Shown here one piece after another: positions 34,311 to 43,798 of a DNA stretch of 52,416 bases. Origin of the DNA: Acidimicrobiia bacterium (GTDB lineage: Bacteria > Actinomycetota > Acidimicrobiia > IMCC26256 > JBMOIW01); NCBI GenBank assembly GCA_049317145.1, contig JBMOIW010000004.1, forward strand, positions 1 to 52,416, read 5' to 3'. Numbering within the stretch: the first letter of the stretch is position 1; every line of letters starts with the position of its first letter. Below the pieces are notes generated by a model. The model ran no database searches. It was not told where the DNA came from and worked only from the letters and a program-made list of their open reading frames with translations. The translations under genes and the position numbers were made by a program.

Positions 34311-37237
34311 TGACGTTCCCATCGACCATTCCGCGATACCCACTTGGTGCACCCGGGAACCAGATGGACGGGGGCATCGTCCACACAGAGTGCAGCGACG
34401 GCATCACTCTCGACAGTGAACGCGTCACTCTGGGCGCGTACCCGGATCCGTGCGCCGCGGAAGGTCACCCAGGCTTCTACCGAACCAAGTGCCTCGGGAA
34501 TGCGGGGGTTAATTCGGAGGGAATCTCCGTATGGTCGACAACCAAGGAAGCCCCACACCATCGTTTGCCATACCGTCCCCATTGCACCGAGGTGCAGTCC
34601 CAATGCCGTGGTTTGGGTGAGATCATCGAGATCAATTGCGGCGGCAATCCGAAGCAAGGCAAGTGCTCGCTGACTGTCGCCGGCTTGGGCGTAGAGCATT
34701 GCGTGAACTCCGGGGGATAGCGAGCTCCCGTGCGCGCAGCGCGGTTCGTAGTAGTGGAGGTTCGCAAGCAGTGAGTCGCGCGTGAGGTCATCGGGAACAA
34801 GTGCATGCATCATGAGCACGTCTGCTTGTTTGCATACTTGCGCATGCGCAACCCGAGATCGTCCGAGCAGTAGATCAGCAGCGATTGGGCGGCGCGGTGC
34901 GAAGTCAGCGATCACCAAAGGTTCGAGACGGAAAAATCCGGAGTATTGCTCGTAGAGTCCGGTACGCGAATCGAACCCATCGACCAAGGCGTCCGCGAGT
35001 TCGCGCCATGCGTCAATTTCGGTTGGCTCTACGCGATGGCCGGGGGAACGCTCTGCTGCTTCTGCGGCCCAGCGCAGCGCATTGCGCGCCATAACATTGG
35101 TGAACGCGTTGTCGTCTACGGGCTCGTGATATTCGTCGGGGCCGATGACGCCGAAGATGTGTGCCCGATGTTCGTGATCGATGCGGATTCGTGACGCCCA
35201 GTAGCGACCGATTTCAATCAGACACGGGTCGCCGAGCTCGTGCGCAAAGGCAATATCGCCGCTCCACGCCAGGTACTCATGAATCGCCCAGGCGACATCT
35301 GCAGTGATGTGTACTTCGAGCGCCCCGGTGCGAATCGGAAGCACCGCACCGGTCCGGCTTCGCACCGATTCGGGCGTGACATCCGTTCCGGCTCCCGCGG
35401 ATTCCCACGGAAATCGAACGCCGCAATGGCCTTCGTGTGTGGCAGCCGCTCTCGCAGCATCGAGGTGCGCGATCCGGTACTCCAGAATCGCGCGTGCCCG
35501 TTGCGGATCGGTGGCAGCAAAAAACGGGAGCACAAATACGTCCGCGTCCCAAAACACGTGGCCGCGATATGCCGGGCCGGTCAAGCCGCGTGCGCCAATT
35601 ACTGCGGGTCCAATGTTCGGGGCTGATTGCAGCAGATGAAACATTGCGAAACGGACCGCTCGATTCAGCTCCGCATCGCCGGTGATTGTGATCGCGGCGC
35701 GATCCCAGCGATACGCCATGCTGCGACGATGGGTATCTAATGCGATGTCGAACGAGGTGCGCATCAGATCGGGAGCGTTCTCTTCGAGGCGAGACTCGGT
35801 AGCGTCCGCAACCGTGTATGTAATGGTTCGATCCGTTGCAATGTCGTTGTCGGTAACGGGGGCAACGTGCGCGAGCGCGCTGATCGTGATGTTGTCGGCC
35901 GTGGTGCGAGCCTGCCAGGATCCTGGGCTGATGGCATCGAGGGTGGTGGCGTCGTGCAGCGGAACGGCCGGAGATGGAATTGCGTCGCGCAGAACCAGTT
36001 GCGCGGCATCGGCAAGAAATCGCACGCCGAGCACAGTGCCATCGTCACGTTGTTCGTGCAGTATTCCCGTGTGGAGATCGAGCACAACGTGAACGTTCGA
36101 TTGCAGGATCGCTGCGGGTGCCGGCTCCGGTGCGGCAAGCAGCGTGGTTTCCGGGCCGGATCCGCAGTACGCGTTGCGGACGCGCACTGCGGGGATACCC
36201 GAACGTTCTCCGTGAAGTGCGACCCCGCGCACGCCTACCACCCCGTCCGAGAGCGTGGCGAGTGCCTCGGTCCGTCGCTGTGATTCGATGTCGATGGGAC
36301 CGAAGTGCAGCGCCCACGCATGGGTCGGCGCTTGCGGAAGCGCACCACGGGAACGCAGGCCGAGTTGTGCGTCAAGAAGTGCAATGAGGCGTGTCGGTCC
36401 TCCGGGGAGGTGTAACACGCCGTCCGGCACGCCGCCGGGTTCGGGGCCGACTGAGAACGCAGTGGCGCCGAGGGGGATAAGGCGTGCGTCGCTCCCTGGC
36501 ACGCCGCCGAGCGACCCGAACTCGTCGCCGACAACCAGAATCCCATCGCGCCCGATTCCGAGTTTCCACCAATACGCTGCGAGTTGTTCCGCCGCATCAC
36601 CTTTGTCCGTCAAACCGATTTCGATGTGTTTGGCGTCACTAGACACTCGCGGTGTCGACACCCCTGCGTCGTGGGCGATCTGGGTTGCGAGCGCGACTGC
36701 TTGCGCAAGGTCACCGACTTCGGTGGCGCGCAGTCGCTCGGAAACCGCAGCAACGAGGGCCGGCAGTGCTGCTTTGGGTGGGTCGGCCCATTCTGGAAAC
36801 GGGATCAGATCGATTTTGCGGCGATTAAGGCGAGCAGAAGCGATCTCGCATTTGAGGCCCCGCAGGGCGAGTGCCTCCACAGTCGCGGTTGCGGCCGCAT
36901 CCAGCGCAGCGTCTTCGGCCGGAGTTGCAACGCGTCGATAGAGCGGGATGACGGAATCGTCGTGCAGCGCAAACAACTCCGATCCGCGATTAGACGCAAC
37001 AACAAGGGTTCCTGCTCCGTGTGGGCGAGCATGGAGCTGGCGCGTCACATTGTCGATCGATGTGCCGGTGACAATCGCGCAGTGCAGTGCTGCGGCGGAG
37101 CATTGCTCGATGCGCGTGCGAATGTCGGATGCGTCCGCAGTACGACGAGCGACTGCAGTGCCGTCCCAGTCGAAACAGATTGCTTCCCACCGGGTTGAAA
37201 AAGGGCGGGCGCTCGCTGCGGGGGTTTCCACGGACAT
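34307..37237 (-). CDS. HAD phosphatase-like domain fused to GH65 phosphorylase/hydrolase
   Basis: N-terminal FDWDGT and VVGDE; GH65 motifs ARGLTG..YRGHVFWD, FPWES, GPDEYHE, KQADVLM, HGSSLS. Confidence 0.88.
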   Translation of the reverse strand: MSVETPAASARPFSTRWEAICFDWDGTAVARRTADASDIRTRIEQCSAAALHCAIVTGTSIDNVTRQLHARPHGAGTLVVASNRGSELFALHDDSVIPLYRRVATPAEDAALDAAATATVEALALRGLKCEIASARLNRRKIDLIPFPEWADPPKAALPALVAAVSERLRATEVGDLAQAVALATQIAHDAGVSTPRVSSDAKHIEIGLTDKGDAAEQLAAYWWKLGIGRDGILVVGDEFGSLGGVPGSDARLIPLGATAFSVGPEPGGVPDGVLHLPGGPTRLIALLDAQLGLRSRGALPQAPTHAWALHFGPIDIESQRRTEALATLSDGVVGVRGVALHGERSGIPAVRVRNAYCGSGPETTLLAAPEPAPAAILQSNVHVVLDLHTGILHEQRDDGTVLGVRFLADAAQLVLRDAIPSPAVPLHDATTLDAISPGSWQARTTADNITISALAHVAPVTDNDIATDRTITYTVADATESRLEENAPDLMRTSFDIALDTHRRSMAYRWDRAAITITGDAELNRAVRFAMFHLLQSAPNIGPAVIGARGLTGPAYRGHVFWDADVFVLPFFAATDPQRARAILEYRIAHLDAARAAATHEGHCGVRFPWESAGAGTDVTPESVRSRTGAVLPIRTGALEVHITADVAWAIHEYLAWSGDIAFAHELGDPCLIEIGRYWASRIRIDHEHRAHIFGVIGPDEYHEPVDDNAFTNVMARNALRWAAEAAERSPGHRVEPTEIDAWRELADALVDGFDSRTGLYEQYSGFFRLEPLVIADFAPRRPIAADLLLGRSRVAHAQVCKQADVLMMHALVPDDLTRDSLLANLHYYEPRCAHGSSLSPGVHAMLYAQAGDSQRALALLRIAAAIDLDDLTQTTALGLHLGAMGTVWQTMVWGFLGCRPYGDSLRINPRIPEALGSVEAWVTFRGARIRVRAQSDAFTVESDAVAALCVDDAPVHLVPGCTKWVSRNGRWERQ

Positions 37238-37267
37238 TTCCGTGGTGTTACCCGAGAATGCTCCGAC

Positions 37268-38386
37268 CTAGTGCAGCGGAACGGTCCAAATTGCGGTGGT
37301 GCCACCCGTGGCGGCGGAGGTAACGGTGCAAGTGCCACCGAGAAGCTCTGCCCGCTGTTGGAGATTGCTCAGCCCGCTCCGCGTCAGTTCGTCTCCAACC
37401 GGGAGACCAACTCCATCGTCACGTACCGTGAGTGTGAGCGCGTCACCCACTTGCGCGTGCAGCGAGACCGTGGTGGCGTGCGCGTGCTTTGCCACATTGG
37501 TGAGCATCTCTCGGGCCGCCGCAAGCGCGTGTAATCGCACATCGTCGGTGAGTGGAACATCGACGGGTCCACTGAAGACGAGAGCGGGAGTCACATCGAG
37601 TGCAGCTTGGAGCTCGTCGACAATCTCACGAATTTCTATTTCGAGCCCCCGTAAATGTGCCCGGGCTAATTCGAAGATGGTGGAACGAATCTCGCGAATG
37701 GTGTCATCGAGTTCGTCGACCGCGACTGCAAGCCGACCGCGAAGTGTCTCGGGCAACTGTGCGGAGAGTGCATCGAGCGACATGGCAGTGGCAAAGATTC
37801 GTTGGATCACTCGATCATGCAGATCGCGTGCCAAGCGCTCGCGTTCGCCGATGACCGCAAGTTTCTCGGTTTTCTCGTGCAGCTGAGCGTTTTCGATTGC
37901 GACGGCAGCGGCGCTCGCGAGTGCTCCCAGGAGTAGTTCGTCCGCATCGGTGAACGTTGGCCCGTTCGTCGGGTTTGCGACGAAGAGCACTGCGTATTGT
38001 TGGCCCCGGATGCGAATGGGCGCAGTGAGGAGTGCACCCATGGCCGGGTGTCCCATCGGGAAACCGCGGTGGCGGGGATCGTCGCGGACCTGTTCGACAC
38101 GTACCGGGTCTGGGTGCTGGCGCAAATCGCGCAGCATCGCAGAATTCGTGGGCAGCGCACCGATCGCACTCACTGTTTCGGCATCGACACCTTCGAAAAC
38201 AAACTCCGCAAATCCCTCGTTGGAATCCAACAGCGCTAGCGCTGCGTGCTGGGCGCAGGTAATGACGCACGCCTGATGTAAAACCTCGCGCTGCACTTTG
38301 GCTAGTGTGAGGTGTGACGTCACTTCCAAAGTGCCGTCGAAAAACGCTCGGAGGCGAGGGAGTTCGATTACCAGCTCGTCCGCCAT
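37268..38386 (-). CDS. GAF sensor histidine kinase, DosS/DosT-like
   Basis: GFPMGHPAM in the GAF domain, H-box ERERLARDLHDRVIQ, NVAKHA, DDGVG, SGLSNL. Confidence 0.88.
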   Translation of the reverse strand: MADELVIELPRLRAFFDGTLEVTSHLTLAKVQREVLHQACVITCAQHAALALLDSNEGFAEFVFEGVDAETVSAIGALPTNSAMLRDLRQHPDPVRVEQVRDDPRHRGFPMGHPAMGALLTAPIRIRGQQYAVLFVANPTNGPTFTDADELLLGALASAAAVAIENAQLHEKTEKLAVIGERERLARDLHDRVIQRIFATAMSLDALSAQLPETLRGRLAVAVDELDDTIREIRSTIFELARAHLRGLEIEIREIVDELQAALDVTPALVFSGPVDVPLTDDVRLHALAAAREMLTNVAKHAHATTVSLHAQVGDALTLTVRDDGVGLPVGDELTRSGLSNLQQRAELLGGTCTVTSAATGGTTAIWTVPLH

Positions 38387-38449
38387 GCGCACGAGTCTAC
38401 GGCCCGCCGTCTGGGCGGTGTATCCATGGGTGACAAGAGAGGGCAGTAC

Positions 38450-39100
38450 ATGGCCGCAGCACCGATCCGCGTGTTTCTCCTTGATGACCACGAAATCGTT
38501 CGCCGCGGTCTGCGCGAACTCCTGGAAGCCGACGGACAATGTGTTGTCGTCGGTGAGGCAGCGACCGGTGCGCAAGCCCGAATTGGTATCGAAACAACAC
38601 AGCCGGATGTTGCGGTGCTCGACGTCCGTTTGCCCGATGGCAGTGGGGTCGAGGTGTGTCGAGACGTGCGCTCTGCGCACCCCGAGGTGCGGTGTCTGAT
38701 CCTGACCTCATATGCCGATGACGAGGCGTTGTTCTCGGCAGTGCTCGCCGGTGCGTCCGGGTATCTCCTCAAACAAGTTCGAGGGAATGACCTTGTGGGC
38801 GCAGTGCGCATTGTTGCCGGAGGTGGATCACTCATGGACCCGGCGGCAACTGCGCGCGTGGCCGCTCGTTTGCGCGACGCCGAAGCGCAAGATGAACGGG
38901 TCGCATCGTTGAACGAACAAGAGCGTCGGATCCTTGTGCTCATCGGTGCCGGTATGACGAATCGCCAGATTGCCAACGAAGTGCATTTGGCCGAAAAGAC
39001 AGTCAAGAACTATGTGTCGAGCATCCTGGCCAAGCTCGGACTCGAACGGCGTACCCAAGCTGCCGTCCTGGCGTCGAAACTCAACGACCCGGCGGAGTAG
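38450..39100 (+). CDS. NarL/LuxR response regulator, DosR/DevR-like
   Basis: VFLLDDHEIVRRG, LDVRLPDGSG, LTSYADDEAL, AEKTVKNYVSSILAKLGLERRTQAA. Confidence 0.9.
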   Translation: MAAAPIRVFLLDDHEIVRRGLRELLEADGQCVVVGEAATGAQARIGIETTQPDVAVLDVRLPDGSGVEVCRDVRSAHPEVRCLILTSYADDEALFSAVLAGASGYLLKQVRGNDLVGAVRIVAGGGSLMDPAATARVAARLRDAEAQDERVASLNEQERRILVLIGAGMTNRQIANEVHLAEKTVKNYVSSILAKLGLERRTQAAVLASKLNDPAE

Positions 39101-39539
39101 GCGTCAATACATTTGGAACAACCACAACCGGGCACGGCGCGTGGCGACTGATCCGGTGGCTCACGCTTCCCAGCACTAACTCTGTGAGCGGATTGCGGCC
39201 GCGTCGACCGACGACGATGAGATCGAACCCTTCGCGTGCCGCAACCTCACAAATGGTTGACGCCGGTTCTCCGAGGTCGATGCGGGTCGAGTAGTTGACC
39301 TTCGCGTCGCGCAGTGGCGCACACCACTCTTCTTCCAAGAGCTTGCTGACTTGCGCGCGCCACGGATCATCGAAGGGCCCTGTTGATCCTGCTGTAGGGA
39401 GCAGTGGAATCGGAGGTTCAAAGCAGTAGATCACGGTGACCGTTGCGCGCATTGTCGGCGCGTGATCGGCAGCCCATTGCACTGCTGAGGCAGCATTCGC
39501 CGATCCGTCGACTCCAACCAAGAGGTGATGAGACGTCAT
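39081..39539 (-). CDS. Universal stress protein (single domain)
   Basis: LVGVDGS, LIVVGRRG, LGSVS, APCPVVVVP. Confidence 0.92.
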   Translation of the reverse strand: MTSHHLLVGVDGSANAASAVQWAADHAPTMRATVTVIYCFEPPIPLLPTAGSTGPFDDPWRAQVSKLLEEEWCAPLRDAKVNYSTRIDLGEPASTICEVAAREGFDLIVVGRRGRNPLTELVLGSVSHRISRHAPCPVVVVPNVLTPTPPGR

Positions 39540-39598
39540 GGGGCCGTTGTACCCAAGGCTGGGGTCGAAGAATCGGACCCAAGGCTCGGGTCCGGGAA

Positions 39599-41452
39599 TC
39601 AGCGCGGCCTTGTGGTGGTGGTAGTAGCTGTCGGTGAAGCCGCTGCAGCCGCCGGCGTGGATGGGGTCGGAGCTATCGGGCCACGGGCGACTTTGCGTTT
39701 CACGGACTCGTACGTCCAGACGTAGCGTTCCCGCCGGTCCGGTTTGCCGGGTTGTGTGATGGTCCGAAAGTTTTCGACCACAATGCGCGGGTACCCGGGT
39801 TGTAATTCTTTCTGTGCCCCAATGGGGAGCGCGGGATCGTCGACGAACTCGGTTTCGGCCTCCACGCGCTCAAGAATGTTGGGACCTTCTGCCTTCACCG
39901 AGCGGTCCTCATTGTTGCCGTACAGCGTTACGGTGATCGACGTGCTGGTGTACACAGTACGGATCAGCAAGCCCGATGCGGTGTCGTTTTGGAATTTCAA
40001 GTCGATAGATCCAAAGTTCAGTGTTGCTTCACGACCCATGGGATAACGCGAAATGTAAATCGAATGGGGCGCGTGGGTAACGTCTTTGTATCCCCCAAAG
40101 AACGTGGCGTTGTAGAGCGTGGTAGTGAACTGACTCACGCCGCCGCCAAAGTCTTCTTGAAACTCACCTTGCACATACACGGGCGCACTGACGTATCCAC
40201 TCTCGGCTGTACGTCGGCCGAGCTTTTCGTTCAGGGAAAACGTCACTCCGGGTTCGACCAGCGTGTTGTTGACCACATCGGCAGCGCGATGAATGTTCTT
40301 TACGCGTTCTTGACCCGCAGGATGGTTGGTCGTGAAGGTCGCCACCATCTTGGTGATATTCATTGTTTGCGCCCACTCGGTGGTGCGTTCGGGTGCAACC
40401 TCTTTGAGTGTTCCGGTGACTTGGTGTGTGCCGGTGACAACTGCGTCGCAAACCGCAGCAAAATCGATCTGAAGGCCCATCTGCGCCGGAACGACGTTCA
40501 CCGACGCTCCGTTGGTGTTCCACCCGGCATTGACCGGGGCGCGCTCCAGTTGGGTAACGGCCGGGCCAAACAGGGCGCGCAGTTTTACGGGATCGAGACT
40601 GGCGACCAAAGTCGATCCGCGTGGGGTGAATGCAATCGCTGAACCGACCTTCTCGGGGGGAAGGACGAGCGCTGTGCCGTTGACGGTCAGTGTCAGCGGT
40701 TGTCCGAGTATCGCCCGCGCGCTTTCCGCAGCTGCATTCGCAGCTTCGAGCGAGATGTCAGGCTCGGATGCACCGGTCTTGAGTTGGATCGTGCGGCGAT
40801 CGGCGCGCAACAACGCCGCGCGGAGATCCGCGCGTGCTGGTCCGGAAGAGATCCCGACCCCAGACCGTGGCGGGGTCACCTGCACTTGGGTGCCAACAAC
40901 AGTGACCTTGGCGTCCGCGCGCCCGTTGGATGCTTGATCGAGCCAGCCCGAGACCACTGCGCGGATCTTGTCGTCGCTCACTGTTGCGCGCACCGGGACT
41001 CGCGCAGGTCGGAATCGGCGGAGAACAACATCGGTGATGGCAGTGACGGGATTGGTACTACGACCGGCGCGACGTGCGGCGCGAACCGTGGCGTCGACGT
41101 CAACGCGAGCATCGACGGTGGCTGGGGAGACAACGAGTTGCTGTGGCGTTCCGGTGGCGGTTACCGGAGAAGTCTCGATGATGGTTGTTATCGGTTGTAG
41201 GCGCGCCGCGATTGCGCGTTCGTCGGCGCCGGAGAGCGAAACGTTTTCGACGCGCACCCCGGGAAGGGCCCGGCCGCGATACCACCAACGTTCGATGACG
41301 GACGCGAACAAGGTGAGCGCAATCGCCATTCCGAAGATCAAGACGGCGCCCGCGACGATGCCGCGCCAGCCTGGGGGCAGCGCGGGGCGATGCTTCGAGC
41401 GAGCGGCGGTGCGCGATTGGCGCGGAGGGGTAGCGGTAGTGGTGTCGAGCAC
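39599..41452 (-). CDS. VanW-family membrane-anchored protein
   Basis: N-terminal transmembrane helix, FSLNEKLG, GGGVSQFTTTLYNA, HSIYISRYPMGREAT, DLKFQN, G5-like C-terminus. Confidence 0.88.
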   Translation of the reverse strand: MLDTTTATPPRQSRTAARSKHRPALPPGWRGIVAGAVLIFGMAIALTLFASVIERWWYRGRALPGVRVENVSLSGADERAIAARLQPITTIIETSPVTATGTPQQLVVSPATVDARVDVDATVRAARRAGRSTNPVTAITDVVLRRFRPARVPVRATVSDDKIRAVVSGWLDQASNGRADAKVTVVGTQVQVTPPRSGVGISSGPARADLRAALLRADRRTIQLKTGASEPDISLEAANAAAESARAILGQPLTLTVNGTALVLPPEKVGSAIAFTPRGSTLVASLDPVKLRALFGPAVTQLERAPVNAGWNTNGASVNVVPAQMGLQIDFAAVCDAVVTGTHQVTGTLKEVAPERTTEWAQTMNITKMVATFTTNHPAGQERVKNIHRAADVVNNTLVEPGVTFSLNEKLGRRTAESGYVSAPVYVQGEFQEDFGGGVSQFTTTLYNATFFGGYKDVTHAPHSIYISRYPMGREATLNFGSIDLKFQNDTASGLLIRTVYTSTSITVTLYGNNEDRSVKAEGPNILERVEAETEFVDDPALPIGAQKELQPGYPRIVVENFRTITQPGKPDRRERYVWTYESVKRKVARGPIAPTPSTPAAAAASPTATTTTTRPR

Positions 41453-41535
41453 GGTGGCGAAAGGCTACCGGCCCGCCCGGCTGGTCTGCTGGGCGGATAC
41501 CCCCCCGTCCGAGATAGGGAGGATCGGTAGCTAAC

Positions 41536-42861
41536 ATGACCCGACCGACGCTCGAAAGGCCTGCTGTGACGGTTGAAACTGCCCTCGGTGCTATCGATGC
41601 CAATGATCCCGAAGCGCTGCGAGAGGCCACGTTGGGGTTCCTGCGGCGAGAGCTACCGGCGGGCTGGATGGAGGCGGTCGAAGCCGACGCTGGCCTGGAA
41701 TTGTTTGCGTTGCGCCAGCGACTGGACTACTCCGACTGGTGTTCGCGCTTGGGTGCAGCCGGGCTCGCAACCCCGACCTGGCCCGCGGAGTTCGGCGCCG
41801 GCATGTCGCTCACACCGAGCCAGGCGCGGGTCGTCAATGACATCCTCAACACCTACAAAGTTCCGCGACCCTTCAACATCATCGGCATCGGCATGGGCGG
41901 GCCGACGCTGTTGACGCATGGGACCGACGCGCAACGCCAGCAGTTGCTCAAACCGATGGCGTGTAATGAAGAAATTTGGTGTCAACTCTTTAGTGAACCG
42001 GGTGCCGGCTCGGATGTCGCGGGCCTCTCCACGCGAGCAGTGCGCGACGGTGACGAGTGGATTGTGAACGGGCAAAAAGTTTGGACGACGCTCGGGCACA
42101 TCGCGAAATGGGGGATGCTCTTGGCGCGCACCAACCCGGACGTTCCCAAACATCGGGGCCTCACGTATTTCATTGTCGATATGGAAGCACCCGGAGTCGA
42201 GGTGCGTCCGTTGGTGCAATTGACCGGAGACGCCGAGTTCAACGAAGTGTTCTTTACTGATGTGCGTATCCCCGACAGCATGCGCGTCGATGCCGAAGGA
42301 AACGGCTGGGCGGTTGCGATCACCACCTTGATGAATGAGCGCGTGGCGCTTTCTGGTGCCGGCTCGCTCGGCGGTGACGCGGTCGGCGGGAGTCCAGTCG
42401 ATCGCATCATCGAGCGCCATCGTCCGGTCACGGATCCGCGGAAGCGACAACGGTTGGCACAGGCCTACATCGAAGGTCGGCTCATCAAGTGGAACAACCA
42501 GCGCGCTGCCGACAAGCGCCGCAGCGGATCCGAAGCCGGGCCCGAAGGTTCCATCACCAAACTCATGCAGGCCGAGTTCAATCAGCGGGTACAAAAACTC
42601 GCGGTCGATCTTGCCGGAGCGCAAGCCATGGCCTGGGAGGGTGCAAATCTGTTTCGACCCGGACAGATGGGGTTCATCCCGTCGAACACCGACGATCCAC
42701 CGGCCATCGTGCGCGGCTTTTTGCGATCGCAGGCCAACAGCATCGAGGGGGGCACCTCGAACATCATGCGCAACATTCTCGGGGAGCGAGTGCTAGGACT
42801 TCCAAAAGAACCGGATCCTTCACGGGAAGTACCGTGGAGTGACGTCCCCCGAAACGGATAG
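41536..42861 (+). CDS. Acyl-CoA dehydrogenase
   Basis: WCQLFSEPGAGSD, VNGQKVWT, FNEVFF, IEGGTSNIMRN. Confidence 0.92.
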   Translation: MTRPTLERPAVTVETALGAIDANDPEALREATLGFLRRELPAGWMEAVEADAGLELFALRQRLDYSDWCSRLGAAGLATPTWPAEFGAGMSLTPSQARVVNDILNTYKVPRPFNIIGIGMGGPTLLTHGTDAQRQQLLKPMACNEEIWCQLFSEPGAGSDVAGLSTRAVRDGDEWIVNGQKVWTTLGHIAKWGMLLARTNPDVPKHRGLTYFIVDMEAPGVEVRPLVQLTGDAEFNEVFFTDVRIPDSMRVDAEGNGWAVAITTLMNERVALSGAGSLGGDAVGGSPVDRIIERHRPVTDPRKRQRLAQAYIEGRLIKWNNQRAADKRRSGSEAGPEGSITKLMQAEFNQRVQKLAVDLAGAQAMAWEGANLFRPGQMGFIPSNTDDPPAIVRGFLRSQANSIEGGTSNIMRNILGERVLGLPKEPDPSREVPWSDVPRNG

Positions 42862-42869
42862 TTGTAGCG

Positions 42870-43745
42870 ATGAACGAAACTCCCTGCGCACTCTTTGTTC
42901 ACGCGCATCCCGACGACGAAGCATCCAAAGGTTCGGCGACGGTTGCCAAGCTCGTGGATCGCGGCGTGCGGTGCGTGTTGGTGTGTTGCACCGGAGGCGA
43001 AGCCGGCGAAATTCTGAATCCGTCGGTGGAAGTAGCGGCACATCCCGAAATCCTCGGCGAAGTGCGGCGCGCCGAACTCGAGGAAAGCTGTGCGATCTTG
43101 GGGTTTGCTGCGTTGCACTGGCTGGGGTTTCGTGATTCGGGGATGCCAGACTCCGACGCAAACGCGCACCCGGAGAACTTCGCAAATGCACCCGAGGCCG
43201 AGGCGGTTGGGCGCCTGGTCGAAATCCTGCGGGGCGAGCGACCCCAGGTGGTCATTGGCTACGCCGAGGATCGTGAGTTCTACGCGCATCCCGATCACGT
43301 ACGAGTACACGAGATCACTCGAGCAGCGTTCGCTGCGGCCGGTGTATCCGATCGCTTTCCGGACCGAGGAGGCCCGTGGGCGCCGAGCAAGTTATACGAG
43401 GTCGGCTTCACGCGGCGGTCGTTGGTCGCGTTGGCCGACGCACACGATCAGGCCGGCGCAGATAATCCGTTTCGCGAATGGCTCGAGATGTGGGAGGCAT
43501 CCGGGATACCGGATGAGGATCACCGCTATCGCACGCGCGTCGAGGTTGGGGAGTATCTCCACAAACGTCGCGCGTCGTTGCTTGCGCACCGAACGCAGAT
43601 CGATCCCGAGAGTTTTTGGATGCAACTCACCGATGCTCAACTTCGCGCGGCATACCCGTACGAGGACTACAAGCTCGTGGCTTGGCCGGGTGCGGCGACG
43701 CTCGAAGTCGATGAAGATGATCTCTTTGCCGGCTTGTTCGGCTGA
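42870..43745 (+). CDS. mca: Mycothiol S-conjugate amidase (PIG-L family)
   Basis: VHAHPDDEASKG, TGGEAGEILNP, WLGFRDSG, HPDH, AHRTQIDP, EDDLFAG. Confidence 0.85.
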   Translation: MNETPCALFVHAHPDDEASKGSATVAKLVDRGVRCVLVCCTGGEAGEILNPSVEVAAHPEILGEVRRAELEESCAILGFAALHWLGFRDSGMPDSDANAHPENFANAPEAEAVGRLVEILRGERPQVVIGYAEDREFYAHPDHVRVHEITRAAFAAAGVSDRFPDRGGPWAPSKLYEVGFTRRSLVALADAHDQAGADNPFREWLEMWEASGIPDEDHRYRTRVEVGEYLHKRRASLLAHRTQIDPESFWMQLTDAQLRAAYPYEDYKLVAWPGAATLEVDEDDLFAGLFG

Positions 43746-43798
43746 GGCGCACGCAAGGCCGGTCTGACGGTTACCCAACGGGCGCATCGTCGACTGAA

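Noticed and set aside
39599-41452. Vancomycin resistance cluster
   Set aside because: VanW-domain protein only; no vanH/A/X or vanRS.
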